Source: an uncultured Roseburia sp.
Lineage (GTDB): Bacteria; Bacillota; Clostridia; Lachnospirales; Lachnospiraceae
Direction of reading: 5' to 3'
NCBI GenBank assembly: GCA_947246475.1
Contig: CAMXSH010000004.1
Location: 26,701 to 90,700 of the forward strand
Length of the DNA: 64,000 bases
Shown: positions 47,733 to 57,296 of the stretch, piece by piece
Layout of the letters: each line of letters opens with the position of its first letter
Position numbering within the stretch: the first letter of the stretch is position 1
Position numbers and translations under genes: made by a program
Notes under the pieces: model-generated
The model's database searches: none
What the model was told of the DNA's origin: nothing
Seen by the model: only the letters and a program-made list of their open reading frames with translations

Positions 47733-48794
47733 TTATGAATGATTCAGTTCATTATAAAATTCAATTAGCTGATTGATCGTCTTACGTTCTTTGTTACTAA
47801 TTTTATAAGAATAACTTTTATTATCATCTGTATAAATATTAAATAGTATTTTATCTCCTTGAAAAATATCTATACTCTTTTGCAATTTTTCTTCGTCAGT
47901 AAATAAAAATTGTAGAAATGAAGTATAAAGTCCTATACCATTTTTAATGTCATAACTTAGGTCATAATTACTACTGTCGGATACAATCTTCCCTTTGTTA
48001 GATTTTATATATAATTGTTCTGGAGTATGATAATCATTAAGGTCAGTTATATAGGAGTTTACGAGTAATCCATTTGATATTTCATTGTCTTCGATTATTA
48101 AAGCCCAGCCTGGAATCATATAATAAAAAGCGTCTTTTTTCTCAGTTATATCAAAAAATTTTTTTGATTCTACCCAAACAGTTTTTTTGTCAGAATTTGA
48201 TCTTACTAACAAATTGTCAAGTTTTTTGTCTTTCACAATCTGCTTTGCTGTTTTTTTCAGGTTAGAGAAAGTCCATTTTTGTTTCACAGTAACTTTTACC
48301 TGTTTTTCTCCCTGATTACCGCTTGAATCAGAGGCAAGATATTTTACGCTGTATTCTCCAGCTTTTTTGTTATCAACATTTTGTTCCGAAACCGTGGCTT
48401 CGATATTTTCGCCTGAGTTATCTGTAACGGTTACATCTTTCAATAAGTCAAATTCATCATTCTCATAGATCACAATATCCTCTGCATTGATTTCAGGTGC
48501 AATATCATCATATACGTCCACCAGGTAAGTTGCATCAACCTGGTTGTTATCAGCTGAAATTGTGGTGTCAAGGGAGTAAGATCCCACCTTCTGGGAATTA
48601 AAAGAATCTGCATTTTTAAATCCCAGTTGTACGCCTTCTTCGCATTCAAATAAGTCATTGAGATTAATATTTGTCCCTACTTGAATTCGTGTTTGTTTTT
48701 GTTTTACTTTTTCGGTCAGATCCCCCGAGCAACCAGTTAATGATATTACACATAATCCGGTTGCAATTAGAAGACCAATATTCATTTTCTTCAT
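47733..48794 (-). CDS. AT-rich lipoprotein with bacterial Ig-like (HYR/DUF5011-like) repeats
   Basis: Lipobox LTGC at residue 22; VYDDIAPEI...DVTVTDNSG...KAGEYSVKYLASDSSGN resembles Ig-like repeats. Confidence 0.75.
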   Translation of the reverse strand: MKKMNIGLLIATGLCVISLTGCSGDLTEKVKQKQTRIQVGTNINLNDLFECEEGVQLGFKNADSFNSQKVGSYSLDTTISADNNQVDATYLVDVYDDIAPEINAEDIVIYENDEFDLLKDVTVTDNSGENIEATVSEQNVDNKKAGEYSVKYLASDSSGNQGEKQVKVTVKQKWTFSNLKKTAKQIVKDKKLDNLLVRSNSDKKTVWVESKKFFDITEKKDAFYYMIPGWALIIEDNEISNGLLVNSYITDLNDYHTPEQLYIKSNKGKIVSDSSNYDLSYDIKNGIGLYTSFLQFLFTDEEKLQKSIDIFQGDKILFNIYTDDNKSYSYKISNKERKTINQLIEFYNELNHS

Positions 48795-49063
48795 AATTTT
48801 ATTCCTTTCTTTATCTTAGAATTTGTATATAATATTAATTTTTTATATTATATCATTATTTTTGGGGGTATGCAATGAATGTTTCTAGTGTTTTGAATTG
48901 TAAAAATATGGTTATCTGGCACAATGTATGAAACATTAAATGTCGTAAAATAAAAAAGGTTTTCATGGTAAAAAATTAGATTTTTAGAAGTAATTGTGGT
49001 ATTCTGTTATTATAAAATGATTGTTTGATTTAGCAAAAAAGTGTGCAGAAGGAGAGGAAAAAA

Positions 49064-51040
49064 ATGATAAAACTAGATCCAAAAAACCAAAGACTGATCT
49101 TCCAGAGGAGAGATGAACTGACTATAATTGAGCCCTATGGGGAAAATTGTCTTCGTTGCCGGATGACCAGGAATGGGGTGGTCTCAGATGAAAAATGGAC
49201 TTTGCAGGAGGCTGTCACCAAAGATTGCTGCAGGCTGGAAGGGGATGAGATGTTTGCGACAATCACCAATGGTGATATCTCCGCTACTATAGAGACAGGA
49301 CAGCCCTGGTACGGAGGTGTGATCAGTTATTATAAAAAAGGAAAAATGATCTTACATACTAAGTTTGAAGGAGACTATGTGAACCGTTTCGTCCATGTGG
49401 AAGGGGACAATTATCAGATCAAAGTGATCTTTGATGCAAATGAGGGTGAACATTTTTATGGTCTGGGGCAGGAGACGGAGGATGCTTTTGACCGGAAAGG
49501 GAGTACGAGCAATCTGGTTCATTACAATACGAAATCCACGATTCCCTTTTTATATTCTTCTCTGGGATACGGTTTTTTTTGGAACAATCCGTCTCCGGGA
49601 AGGTGTGAGACCACGAGGAACCATACGCTCTGGTGCGCTGATAGTGCATATCAGGCAGATTATCTCGTGTTTACGGGAGATACGCCTGGGGATGTCATGA
49701 AGATTTACAGTGACCTGACGGGGTATGCGCCAAAATTTCCGGCATGGGCGGCAGGTTTTTGGCAGTGCAAGCTGCGTTACGAAAGCCAGGATGAACTGCT
49801 GGAGGTTGCCAGAGAGTATAAAAAGCGGGGGATTCCTATATCAGCCATCGTGATCGACTATTTTCACTGGACAGAACAGGGAGAGTGGAAATTTGATCCC
49901 AAGTATTGGCCAGATCCTGAGAAAATGTGCCGGGAATTGGCAGAGATGGACATCAAGCCCGTTGTTTCTATCTGGCCGACCATCAATCCTGACAGTGAGA
50001 ACTATAACAAAATGAATGATGCCAATATGCTGGTCCGGACGGAGAACGGGCAGTATGGTACATTTTCCTTTTATGGGCAGCAGACTTTTATCGATGCCAT
50101 GAATCCGGACACCAGGGAATATGTGTGGGATATTGTGAAAAATAACTATTATGATAAGGGTATACGGAATTTCTGGCTGGATGAGGCGGAGCCGGAAGTG
50201 CACCCACAGCAGTTCGGGCACCTGAAATTTTATCTCGGAAATGGTGCACAGACTGCGATGCTCTATCCCTATTATTATGCTAAGATGTTTTATGACGGCT
50301 TGAGAGCCCAGGGGGAGGAAGAGATCATTCTTCTGACCAGGGCGGCCTACCCGGGAAGCCAGAAATTTGGAGCAGCTGTCTGGAATGGAGATATTTTATC
50401 GGACTGGGCGGCGCTCCGGCAGAGTGTGACCAGCGGCTTGTCCATGGGAATGTGTGGCATACCATGGTGGAACAGTGATATCGGCGGATTTTTAAATGGG
50501 GATACTGAGAGCGAGGATTTCAGGGAGCTTATTGTCCGCTGGTTCCAGTTCGGGCTGTTCTCTCCGATCATGCGGCTTCACGGCGTGCGAAAAAGAGTGG
50601 AGGGTCAGCCGGAACCGAATCCGGGCATTATTGAGAGAAGTGGCGGTCCTAATGAAATATGGTGTTTTGGTGAAAGAAATTATAACATTATCAAATCTCT
50701 GATCGAGCTGCGGGAAAAGCTGCGCCCTTATATTTTAAAGTATATGGAGATCGCCAGTCAGACAGGAGCACCCTTGATGCGTCCTATGTTTTTTGATTAT
50801 CACAAGGATGCTCACTGCTATACCTTAGAGGAGCAGTATATGTTTGGCGAGGATATTTTGTTTGCCCCTGTCATGCGGAAGGGACAGAGAGAATGTAAAG
50901 TATATCTGCCAGAGGGAACGTGGGTCAGTGTGATCGACAAAAAGGTGTATGAGGGAAGGCAAACGATAGAAGTACAAGTGGAACTGGATCAGTTTGCTGC
51001 CTTTGTAAAGCAGGGAAGCAGTATTATTGATATTTTTTAA
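49064..51040 (+). CDS. Glycoside hydrolase family 31 (alpha-xylosidase-like)
   Basis: GFWQCKLRY, IVIDYFHW, FWLDEAEP (nucleophile Asp), WNSDIGGF, RWFQFG, PIMRLHG and PLMRPMF motifs. Confidence 0.93.
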   Translation: MIKLDPKNQRLIFQRRDELTIIEPYGENCLRCRMTRNGVVSDEKWTLQEAVTKDCCRLEGDEMFATITNGDISATIETGQPWYGGVISYYKKGKMILHTKFEGDYVNRFVHVEGDNYQIKVIFDANEGEHFYGLGQETEDAFDRKGSTSNLVHYNTKSTIPFLYSSLGYGFFWNNPSPGRCETTRNHTLWCADSAYQADYLVFTGDTPGDVMKIYSDLTGYAPKFPAWAAGFWQCKLRYESQDELLEVAREYKKRGIPISAIVIDYFHWTEQGEWKFDPKYWPDPEKMCRELAEMDIKPVVSIWPTINPDSENYNKMNDANMLVRTENGQYGTFSFYGQQTFIDAMNPDTREYVWDIVKNNYYDKGIRNFWLDEAEPEVHPQQFGHLKFYLGNGAQTAMLYPYYYAKMFYDGLRAQGEEEIILLTRAAYPGSQKFGAAVWNGDILSDWAALRQSVTSGLSMGMCGIPWWNSDIGGFLNGDTESEDFRELIVRWFQFGLFSPIMRLHGVRKRVEGQPEPNPGIIERSGGPNEIWCFGERNYNIIKSLIELREKLRPYILKYMEIASQTGAPLMRPMFFDYHKDAHCYTLEEQYMFGEDILFAPVMRKGQRECKVYLPEGTWVSVIDKKVYEGRQTIEVQVELDQFAAFVKQGSSIIDIF

Positions 51041-51145
51041 ATATTGACCAGGTGAATTAAAATTGTTTTTCTTCGGTACAAACAGAAATAAATGTGTTAT
51101 ACTATATTCAGTTCGTTGTGTAAGAATTAAAGGAGAGCAGTGCTT

Positions 51146-52330
51146 ATGTTTAGAAAATTAAAAGTTGACAATTTTAAATCATTAGTGAATTTTTCTATTG
51201 ATTTTTCGCCTATGAGTGTGATTATTGGCAACAATGCCACAGGCAAGAGTAGTGTTTTGCAGGCAATTGATTTCTTGTGCAGTTCAGTAAAAGAAGATTT
51301 TGGGATTATGTTAGAACGTCGGGGCTGGTCGGCAGATAATATCAAGTCTAAATTAATAAATTCAAACAAAATTCATTTTGAGAGTAATATTTTACTTTAT
51401 TCGGATGAAGGAGATCTTAGTTATGACTGGAAAATGGTTTTGTCGATTTATACTGGAAAAAATGAAGTGAGTTTGCTCTCTGAAAGTCTTGTGTGTAATG
51501 GAGAAGAATTGTTAGTGTATCAAAAGGGGAAAGATGGACTGATTAAAGATGAATATAAAGATATTAATATCTTACCCAGAGCGCTGGTGATTCATTCCTC
51601 TGTATTACGAATGTTGAACCGAGATGAGAAGTTGGATTTTCGGATTAAACGTTTTGTTGACTTTTTAGAAAAGTCTGCTTCTTTTGAGATGCTTTCGCCA
51701 AATGAAATGAGACTTAGCAGCCGTGGTGTGAAAAAAAGCATTGGAATGTCTGGGAAAAATTTACCATCATTTATAAAGCAAATGACATCAGAGCAAAAAA
51801 AAAGTTTTATGAATAAGCTGACGTTTCTGTTGGGTGATAGAATTTCTGGAGTAGATGCTAAGACGCAGGGAAAACCTGGTTGGACTCAGATCGATAGTGT
51901 GGAAAAGTATAAAAATAAGGAGATCCATGTATCTTCAAAAGAGATGAGCGATGGAATGCTACGCTTGTTAGCGTTTGTTGCTATCAGTGAAATAAAAGAG
52001 TCCAATGCAACAATGCTTTTAGACGAGGTAGAGAATGGTGTAAATACGAATTATGCGGAGCAGTTGTTAGAACTTCTTGGGAAAATGTATGAAGAGAGAG
52101 GACATCAGTTGATTTTGACAACTCATAGCACGGTATTTATGGACTATATTCCACCAGAAAATATTGTTTATCTGTATCGGGATGATGACGGATACACAAA
52201 GTCTGTGCAACTTTTTGAAAGAGAACAGATGAAAGAACAACTGGACTATATGTATCCAGGAGAGATATTGCTTAATATGTCACAAATGGAGTTGTTGGAT
52301 AAATTACTTGCATATCGTGAGGAAGGTTGA
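51146..52330 (+). CDS. ABC/SMC-like AAA ATPase (AAA_15/AAA_21, COG4637-like)
   Basis: N-terminal KLKVDNFKSL, Walker A GNNATGKSS, signature-like MSDGMLRLL, Walker B LLDEVENG and H-switch LTTHS. Confidence 0.9.
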   Translation: MFRKLKVDNFKSLVNFSIDFSPMSVIIGNNATGKSSVLQAIDFLCSSVKEDFGIMLERRGWSADNIKSKLINSNKIHFESNILLYSDEGDLSYDWKMVLSIYTGKNEVSLLSESLVCNGEELLVYQKGKDGLIKDEYKDINILPRALVIHSSVLRMLNRDEKLDFRIKRFVDFLEKSASFEMLSPNEMRLSSRGVKKSIGMSGKNLPSFIKQMTSEQKKSFMNKLTFLLGDRISGVDAKTQGKPGWTQIDSVEKYKNKEIHVSSKEMSDGMLRLLAFVAISEIKESNATMLLDEVENGVNTNYAEQLLELLGKMYEERGHQLILTTHSTVFMDYIPPENIVYLYRDDDGYTKSVQLFEREQMKEQLDYMYPGEILLNMSQMELLDKLLAYREEG

Positions 52331-52331
52331 T

Positions 52332-53060
52332 ATGATGAAAATTGCTATAACCGGTGAGGGAAACACGGATTATGGGAAAAAAGAGTATGGTACAGGAGAG
52401 TGGTCGCCAGGACCAGCAATCATTTATGCTGAAAAAATAGCAAAAGAGCAAGGAATGAATGTAGAACTGTTGCCAATTGAAAAACAAGACGTCATGAAAG
52501 TAAGAGTGCAAGGACGTTCTACAAAGGGACTGTCTGGAAGAGGCATTCCGGCTAAGAAATTCATGATATTGAAGAATAAGAATAATTGTGATGCCGGAAT
52601 ATTTTACTGTGATGCTGATAAGGGAACAGGAACCAAAAGCAGCAATTGCTCAGCGGTCGTTAAACATTATGAAGAGGTGTATGAAGAAGTAAAGAATGGA
52701 TTGAGTTCAGATCAAGCCATTCCAATGATACCCTTAAGTATGATAGAGTGTTGGATGTTAGGAGATAAAGCAGCTTTGGAACAAATATTTCATCTTTCTA
52801 TTTCTGAAAGTAAACTGCCGGATAAGCCAGAGTATGTCTGGGGAGCAAAAACGGATCCTGATAGTGACTATCCGAAAAATTATTTTGTACGACTAATTCG
52901 TAGCTTGGATCGTCGGTATGGTACATATCAATCTTGTCAGGAAGATTTTAATAAAATTGCAGAGCACTCAACAATCTCAACATTACGAAAAACCTGTCCT
53001 CTTAGTTATGAACGTTTTTACACAGATTTTATTAATTTGCTTAAAAATGTAAATAAATGA
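52332..53060 (+). CDS. TOPRIM-like protein (DUF4276-like)
   Basis: ITGEGNTD (conserved Glu), YCDAD (DxD), MIECWMLGD, PE...YPK and CPLSYERF; starts 2 nt after the ATPase stop. Confidence 0.7.
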   Translation: MMKIAITGEGNTDYGKKEYGTGEWSPGPAIIYAEKIAKEQGMNVELLPIEKQDVMKVRVQGRSTKGLSGRGIPAKKFMILKNKNNCDAGIFYCDADKGTGTKSSNCSAVVKHYEEVYEEVKNGLSSDQAIPMIPLSMIECWMLGDKAALEQIFHLSISESKLPDKPEYVWGAKTDPDSDYPKNYFVRLIRSLDRRYGTYQSCQEDFNKIAEHSTISTLRKTCPLSYERFYTDFINLLKNVNK

Positions 53061-53090
53061 AAACATTCCAAGGAAGAGGTGCCTAATATT

Positions 53091-53126
53091 CAACCCCGGT
53101 GTGCCAATTACGGCATACCGGGGTTG
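53091..53126. terminator. Likely bidirectional terminator
   Basis: CAACCCCGGTGTGCC / GGCATACCGGGGTTG between convergent genes. Confidence 0.75.
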
Positions 53127-53138
53127 TAAATTAACATA

Positions 53139-53936
53139 TTAAGCTTTTACCTGACGCCCCTCATGATTGATGGTATATCCATCTTTCATAATGAGTTCTG
53201 AGATTGGTACGAAGGAAAAACCCTTTTCTTTTAGTGTCTTGATCATGGCATCCAGTGCTTCCGCTGTGTGCTTGGCGCCGTTGTGGCAGAGAATGATGGT
53301 TCCATTGCCCAGATGTTTATGTTCTGTTACTTTTTTGATGATGGTACTTGCATCATAGTCTTTCCAATCCAGTGAATCTACATCCCACTGGATGGGATAA
53401 TATCCGATTTCCCGGCAGACATTGATCAGGTTGTCATTGTAGTCTCCGTAGGGCGGCCGGAACAGGCACATGTCCTTGCCTGTCAGCTGTTTTACTTTTT
53501 CATGGGGTTTCATGATTTCATCCTTGCATTGTTCGGCAGAGAGCTGGGACATCTGCTTGTGGTTTTCGCTGTGGTTTCCAAGATCATGTCCCCCGGCGGC
53601 GATGGCCTTAACGTCATCGGGATATTTTTCAATCCATCCTCCTGTCATGAAAAATGTGGCGCGGACGTCATTTTGTTTTAAAATCTCCAAGAGTTTGGGA
53701 GTGTCCTCATTTCCCCAGGCAGCATCAAATGAAATAGATATTTTTGCCTCGTCCCCTTTGTCAACACAATAGATTGGAAGTTCTTTCTGGCTTGTATTGA
53801 CATGAGAGCTGATGGTGGCGGCGGTTTGTGGGTAAAAATAAATGCTTGTTACAAGAAGAAGGAGTGAGGTGAGTACGATGGCACCTACCTTTGTAAAAAT
53901 GATGAGATTCTCTTTTTCTTTTTCGATATCATTCAT
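53139..53936 (-). CDS. Polysaccharide deacetylase (NodB/CE4, sporulation PdaB-like)
   Basis: ISFDAAWG, ATFF, GNHSENH, FRPPYG, WDVDSLDW and ILCHN motifs; N-terminal TM anchor. Confidence 0.9.
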   Translation of the reverse strand: MNDIEKEKENLIIFTKVGAIVLTSLLLLVTSIYFYPQTAATISSHVNTSQKELPIYCVDKGDEAKISISFDAAWGNEDTPKLLEILKQNDVRATFFMTGGWIEKYPDDVKAIAAGGHDLGNHSENHKQMSQLSAEQCKDEIMKPHEKVKQLTGKDMCLFRPPYGDYNDNLINVCREIGYYPIQWDVDSLDWKDYDASTIIKKVTEHKHLGNGTIILCHNGAKHTAEALDAMIKTLKEKGFSFVPISELIMKDGYTINHEGRQVKA

Positions 53937-54032
53937 AGAATTATTCCCGGCGGATTTTTTATCATTTTATTTTTAAATTTCTTTTTTTATACCCAGAAGG
54001 GTGAAAATAGATAAAATTGTAAAAATTTTCAT

Positions 54033-54066
54033 TTGACAAATGCAGCTGTTTTTGTTATTGTATAAT
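54033..54066 (+). promoter_or_regulatory. Promoter region of ssrA
   Basis: TTGACA (54033) with TATTGT at 17-nt spacing; a TATAAT also lies at 54061. Confidence 0.55.
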
Positions 54067-54083
54067 CACAGTACGAAAACTTC

Positions 54084-54428
54084 GGGCTTGTACTGGTTTC
54101 GACAGGCCGGCTGAAGATGGAGAAGCTATCCGTGGGCTGTGACCACGTTAAAACGCAGAAAAAATTAAACGCTGACGATAATAGATTAGCATACGCAGCC
54201 TAAGTGCTGCTGTCTGACCTGGAGCACCTACACTCTGGGAGCCAGGCATCAATGATGTAGGAAACGACGTATATTAAGCTTTGCGTATACGGGCGTATCA
54301 TGAAGCTACTAAAGCCTGAAGGATGTTCATTTCCGTCAGGTGGAGGGAATGTAAAAGAATGAACTATGATAGTAGAAGTACATGGGATTCCGGTTTGGAC
54401 GCGGGTTCGATTCCCGCCAGGTCCACCA
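54084..54428 (+). ncRNA. ssrA: tmRNA; tag peptide (A)DDNRLAYAA encoded at 54171-54203
   Basis: 5' GGGCTTGTACTGGTTTCGAC pairs with 3' CAGGTCCACCA including a G.U pair; T-arm GCGGGTTCGATTCCCGC; internal ORF GCT GAC GAT AAT AGA TTA GCA TAC GCA GCC TAA. Confidence 0.97.
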
Positions 54429-56118
54429 GAAAGTTCTTACTCCAACCCTTACCAAAAAAATTTAATAAGCGGTTGGGTATTGTGGATAGGAAGCTCGTGA
54501 GCATTTGCTCACGAGCTTCTGCGTTCTCTGCAGTATTATATTTAGCAACCTCATCTTTGATCGGTTCTACCAGCATCGTAAATGGTTCAGCAAACTCTGC
54601 TGTCACTTTTCCGTCGGAACCAATCAGCAGGCGTTCAAAGATAGCCTGGTTCATTAGCTTCTTCATCTTATCATTTGCCAAACGGTAGGTCATGCCACAG
54701 TCAGTAATCAGTTCAATGGCATCGTCCAGTCGTTCTATAATCGTGGTAAACGTATAGTCATATGCTTTGGTCTGATGATCGATTGTGGCAAGCTGCTTAG
54801 CGATTTTCTGTTGTTCACTTTTAAGTAGGTCAAGTGGGATGGCATCGTTGTAATGTGCCTCAAGCAGTTTCTTACGCTGCCTCTCCAGCTTATCTTTCTC
54901 CCGGCGCAGCCCGTCTAACTCGGTTTCGTATTTATCACGTTCTTTTTCTATATTCTGCCTCAGCCAGTCTTCCAGATAACTGGCTATTTGGGGAGGGAAA
55001 GAATATCGGTCATAAATCTGTTCCACTTGCCGCTCGACATCCGCAATCAATACCGCCCGCTGTTTACAGTCCGTACGTTTGCTATGCCGTCCCCCGCAGA
55101 CAAAATACGGATAGCGGATGCCGGTATGGGATTTGGTATAGTTGACAATCATCCGTGCCCCACAGTTTTTACAGAAAACACTGCCCTTTAAGAAATGAGG
55201 GTGTTCACGGGTGCGCTCGCCGTTGATATGCGATTCCAGAATATCCTGCACCTGCTGCCAGGTGTCGGCATCTGTCAGTGCCGGGTGTGTCCCCTCATAT
55301 TCTGCGCCTTGGTATGACACAATGCCCTTGTAATAAGGATTTATCAGTATCTTGTTCAAGGATTTTTTGTTGATGGGCTGGGATGGGATTCTGGGCGTGG
55401 CACGGGTAGTCAGACCGCAGGCTGCCAGATGTTCTGCCAAATCCTGTACCGTCCAGTTGCCGGTGGCATATTCCTCAAATGCCAGCTTAATCAATGGGGC
55501 GCGCTCTTCATCCAGTATGACTGTCCGTTCCTCCCGTCCCTTATCGTCTGTACGCCGGATATTGAGGTAGCCAAGCGGAGCACGGCTGGGCGTCCCTCCT
55601 CCTTTAACTTTCTCGTTCAGGCCCTTTTTAACTTCGTTTGCCAGATTTTGTGAGTAAAACTCGGCGATGGAACTCATAATGCCATGCAGCAGCATTCCGG
55701 CAGGGGTATCATCTATGCTTTCTGAAGCTGATACCAGCTGGATGCCGCATTCACGCAATGTGCGCATAATGTCAACGTCATCACCGCGGTTGCGTGCGAG
55801 ACGGTCGACCTTATGTACAATCACGTAATCAATCCTGTCGGCATTTTCTTTGACATATTCCAGCATTTTCTGGAGTTCCGGGCGGTCTGCCGATTTGGCG
55901 GAAGTACCCCGGTCAACAAATTCCTTGCCAACCATTGCGCCCATGGAGAGTGCTTTTTTCTTGTTCGCTTCTCTCTGCGCAGGAATAGAGAACCCCTCAT
56001 CTGCACCGCCGCCACGTTCTGCCTGTCCGCGCGTAGAAACCCGGAGGTATGATACGGCAAACTTCGGTGTCATGGCATCGGTCAGTGACTGCATGGGGTT
56101 AGCTGTAGTGTATTCCAT
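54364..56118 (-). CDS. Large serine recombinase (integrase)
   Basis: YLRVST catalytic Ser motif, KVDRLARN, AEFYSQNLANEVKKG, recombinase domain (APLGY, NPYYKG), zinc ribbon CKNCG...C...C and a coiled coil. Confidence 0.95.
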   Translation of the reverse strand: MEYTTANPMQSLTDAMTPKFAVSYLRVSTRGQAERGGGADEGFSIPAQREANKKKALSMGAMVGKEFVDRGTSAKSADRPELQKMLEYVKENADRIDYVIVHKVDRLARNRGDDVDIMRTLRECGIQLVSASESIDDTPAGMLLHGIMSSIAEFYSQNLANEVKKGLNEKVKGGGTPSRAPLGYLNIRRTDDKGREERTVILDEERAPLIKLAFEEYATGNWTVQDLAEHLAACGLTTRATPRIPSQPINKKSLNKILINPYYKGIVSYQGAEYEGTHPALTDADTWQQVQDILESHINGERTREHPHFLKGSVFCKNCGARMIVNYTKSHTGIRYPYFVCGGRHSKRTDCKQRAVLIADVERQVEQIYDRYSFPPQIASYLEDWLRQNIEKERDKYETELDGLRREKDKLERQRKKLLEAHYNDAIPLDLLKSEQQKIAKQLATIDHQTKAYDYTFTTIIERLDDAIELITDCGMTYRLANDKMKKLMNQAIFERLLIGSDGKVTAEFAEPFTMLVEPIKDEVAKYNTAENAEAREQMLTSFLSTIPNRLLNFFGKGWSKNFLVDLAGIEPASKPESHVLLLS

Positions 56119-56152
56119 AGAATTAGCCTCCTTTCTTATCGTTGTCTGTGCG

Positions 56153-56181
56153 ATTATACCTCTGTTCGCACCTCACATCAA
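56153..56181 (-). promoter_or_regulatory. Sigma-A promoter of the integrase
   Basis: Minus strand TTGATG-17 nt-TATAAT; AAAGGAGG RBS before ATG 56118. Confidence 0.7.
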
Positions 56182-56237
56182 GTCGTTTATGCCTTTCTTA
56201 TTAAATTGTTAATAATATCAGTTTTCAGGTTATGGAA

Positions 56238-56261
56238 AGTCTGCCCGCTATGGGGCAGACT
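56238..56261 (-). terminator. Hairpin separating the cargo operon from the integrase
   Basis: AGTCTGCCC / GGGCAGACT 9-bp stem with a weak U tract. Confidence 0.5.
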
Positions 56262-56356
56262 GGTATATATTACAGCGTTTTCTGCCTTAATTAAGGTACT
56301 GGCGGGAAGATTATAACTTCCGCATTTGTTTCACGATATACTGATTGGAAAAATGA

Positions 56357-57205
56357 TTATTTGCCATAATCTTTACCGCATTCGTTTTCTATGGATTCTT
56401 CCGCCTCTTCGCCTACTGGAACAGTAACAGATTCTGTAGGTTCGGAACTCGCCACGCCTTCTGCCAACCGTTCTGGCTGATGGCCAGACTTCCAGCTGCT
56501 GTTGCCGCTTAGGTTTCGGAGCAGGATTTTCCGGGCAGATTTGTATTCGTCCCCGATAAATCCCAGACGGATGAGGAATAAACGCATCTCATATTTGGCA
56601 TTCTCCACCAGCTTTTCTGTGGCAGTAACCCGTCTCTGTGTCTTTGCCATGCGGCAGATGGCGGCAACCAGACGGCTGTATGCGTCAGCTTCGCCCTCCA
56701 AACCCTGCCTGGTAAACCATGGGAAAGAGATTTTTCCATCGGCTTCCTTAATATCTAAGGTTTCTGTTTTGAGGGCTTGCTTTAGCAGTGTCTCCTTACT
56801 GGCGATAATCTTTAGCAGATTCTCCCTTGCCAGCGGGGTAAACCCAGTATCCGGGACTGTGATAATCAGCTTGTCTGGCTGCTTTGGAATTGTTCCAGTA
56901 TCTGCCGATGCCTCCCCAGAGCTGCTGTTTGCTGTGACATCTTCCTCTGCCGTGTTTTCTGCCGCTGCATCTTCCGCCACAAAGCCTTGCTCTTGCAATG
57001 CCCTGATTAGGTTATTGGTAGTTTCCGAATTGGTTTCTTCCGGCAGCGTCAGAACACCTGCCCGGTCAATATGGCAGCCGCCTACGATGTAGGCAAAGCT
57101 GGGTGCTCCCTGATACACAGCAGGGGAATTTACTATTTGGCTGACAGCCTCCACCAACGGTTTTCTGTCGCTGCCGGTAAGTTTGTAATGGTATTGGAAG
57201 TTCAT
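56357..57205 (-). CDS. Uncharacterised mobile-element protein (often labelled 'virulence protein') sharing a C-terminal domain with the amidoligase
   Basis: AAAGGAGG RBS before ATG 57205. GxDRKxLV...YxGAPSFAY...SFPWF...RLGFIGDEYK pattern recalled from Firmicute elements; no catalytic motif recognised. Confidence 0.75.
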   Translation of the reverse strand: MNFQYHYKLTGSDRKPLVEAVSQIVNSPAVYQGAPSFAYIVGGCHIDRAGVLTLPEETNSETTNNLIRALQEQGFVAEDAAAENTAEEDVTANSSSGEASADTGTIPKQPDKLIITVPDTGFTPLARENLLKIIASKETLLKQALKTETLDIKEADGKISFPWFTRQGLEGEADAYSRLVAAICRMAKTQRRVTATEKLVENAKYEMRLFLIRLGFIGDEYKSARKILLRNLSGNSSWKSGHQPERLAEGVASSEPTESVTVPVGEEAEESIENECGKDYGK

Positions 57206-57296
57206 GTTTCCTCCTTTCTTCCACACACATCTATCACTCAGACTGCCAAAAACAGCAAGCCTTGATTTTATTTGGAGATGTGCGGGAATATCCGGG

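Noticed and set aside
47579-49040. Integrated element at tRNA-Pro
   Set aside because: No integrase and no duplicated tRNA 3' end were found up to the GH31 gene; only a single AT-rich gene is present.
54323-54688. 121-aa plus-strand ORF spanning the ssrA 3' end
   Set aside because: It overlaps structured tmRNA and is antisense to the integrase; no RBS or recognisable domain.
56357-57205. Treating the 'virulence protein' label as evidence of pathogenicity
   Set aside because: The label is a propagated annotation I recall, not something the sequence supports; there is no signal peptide or toxin motif.
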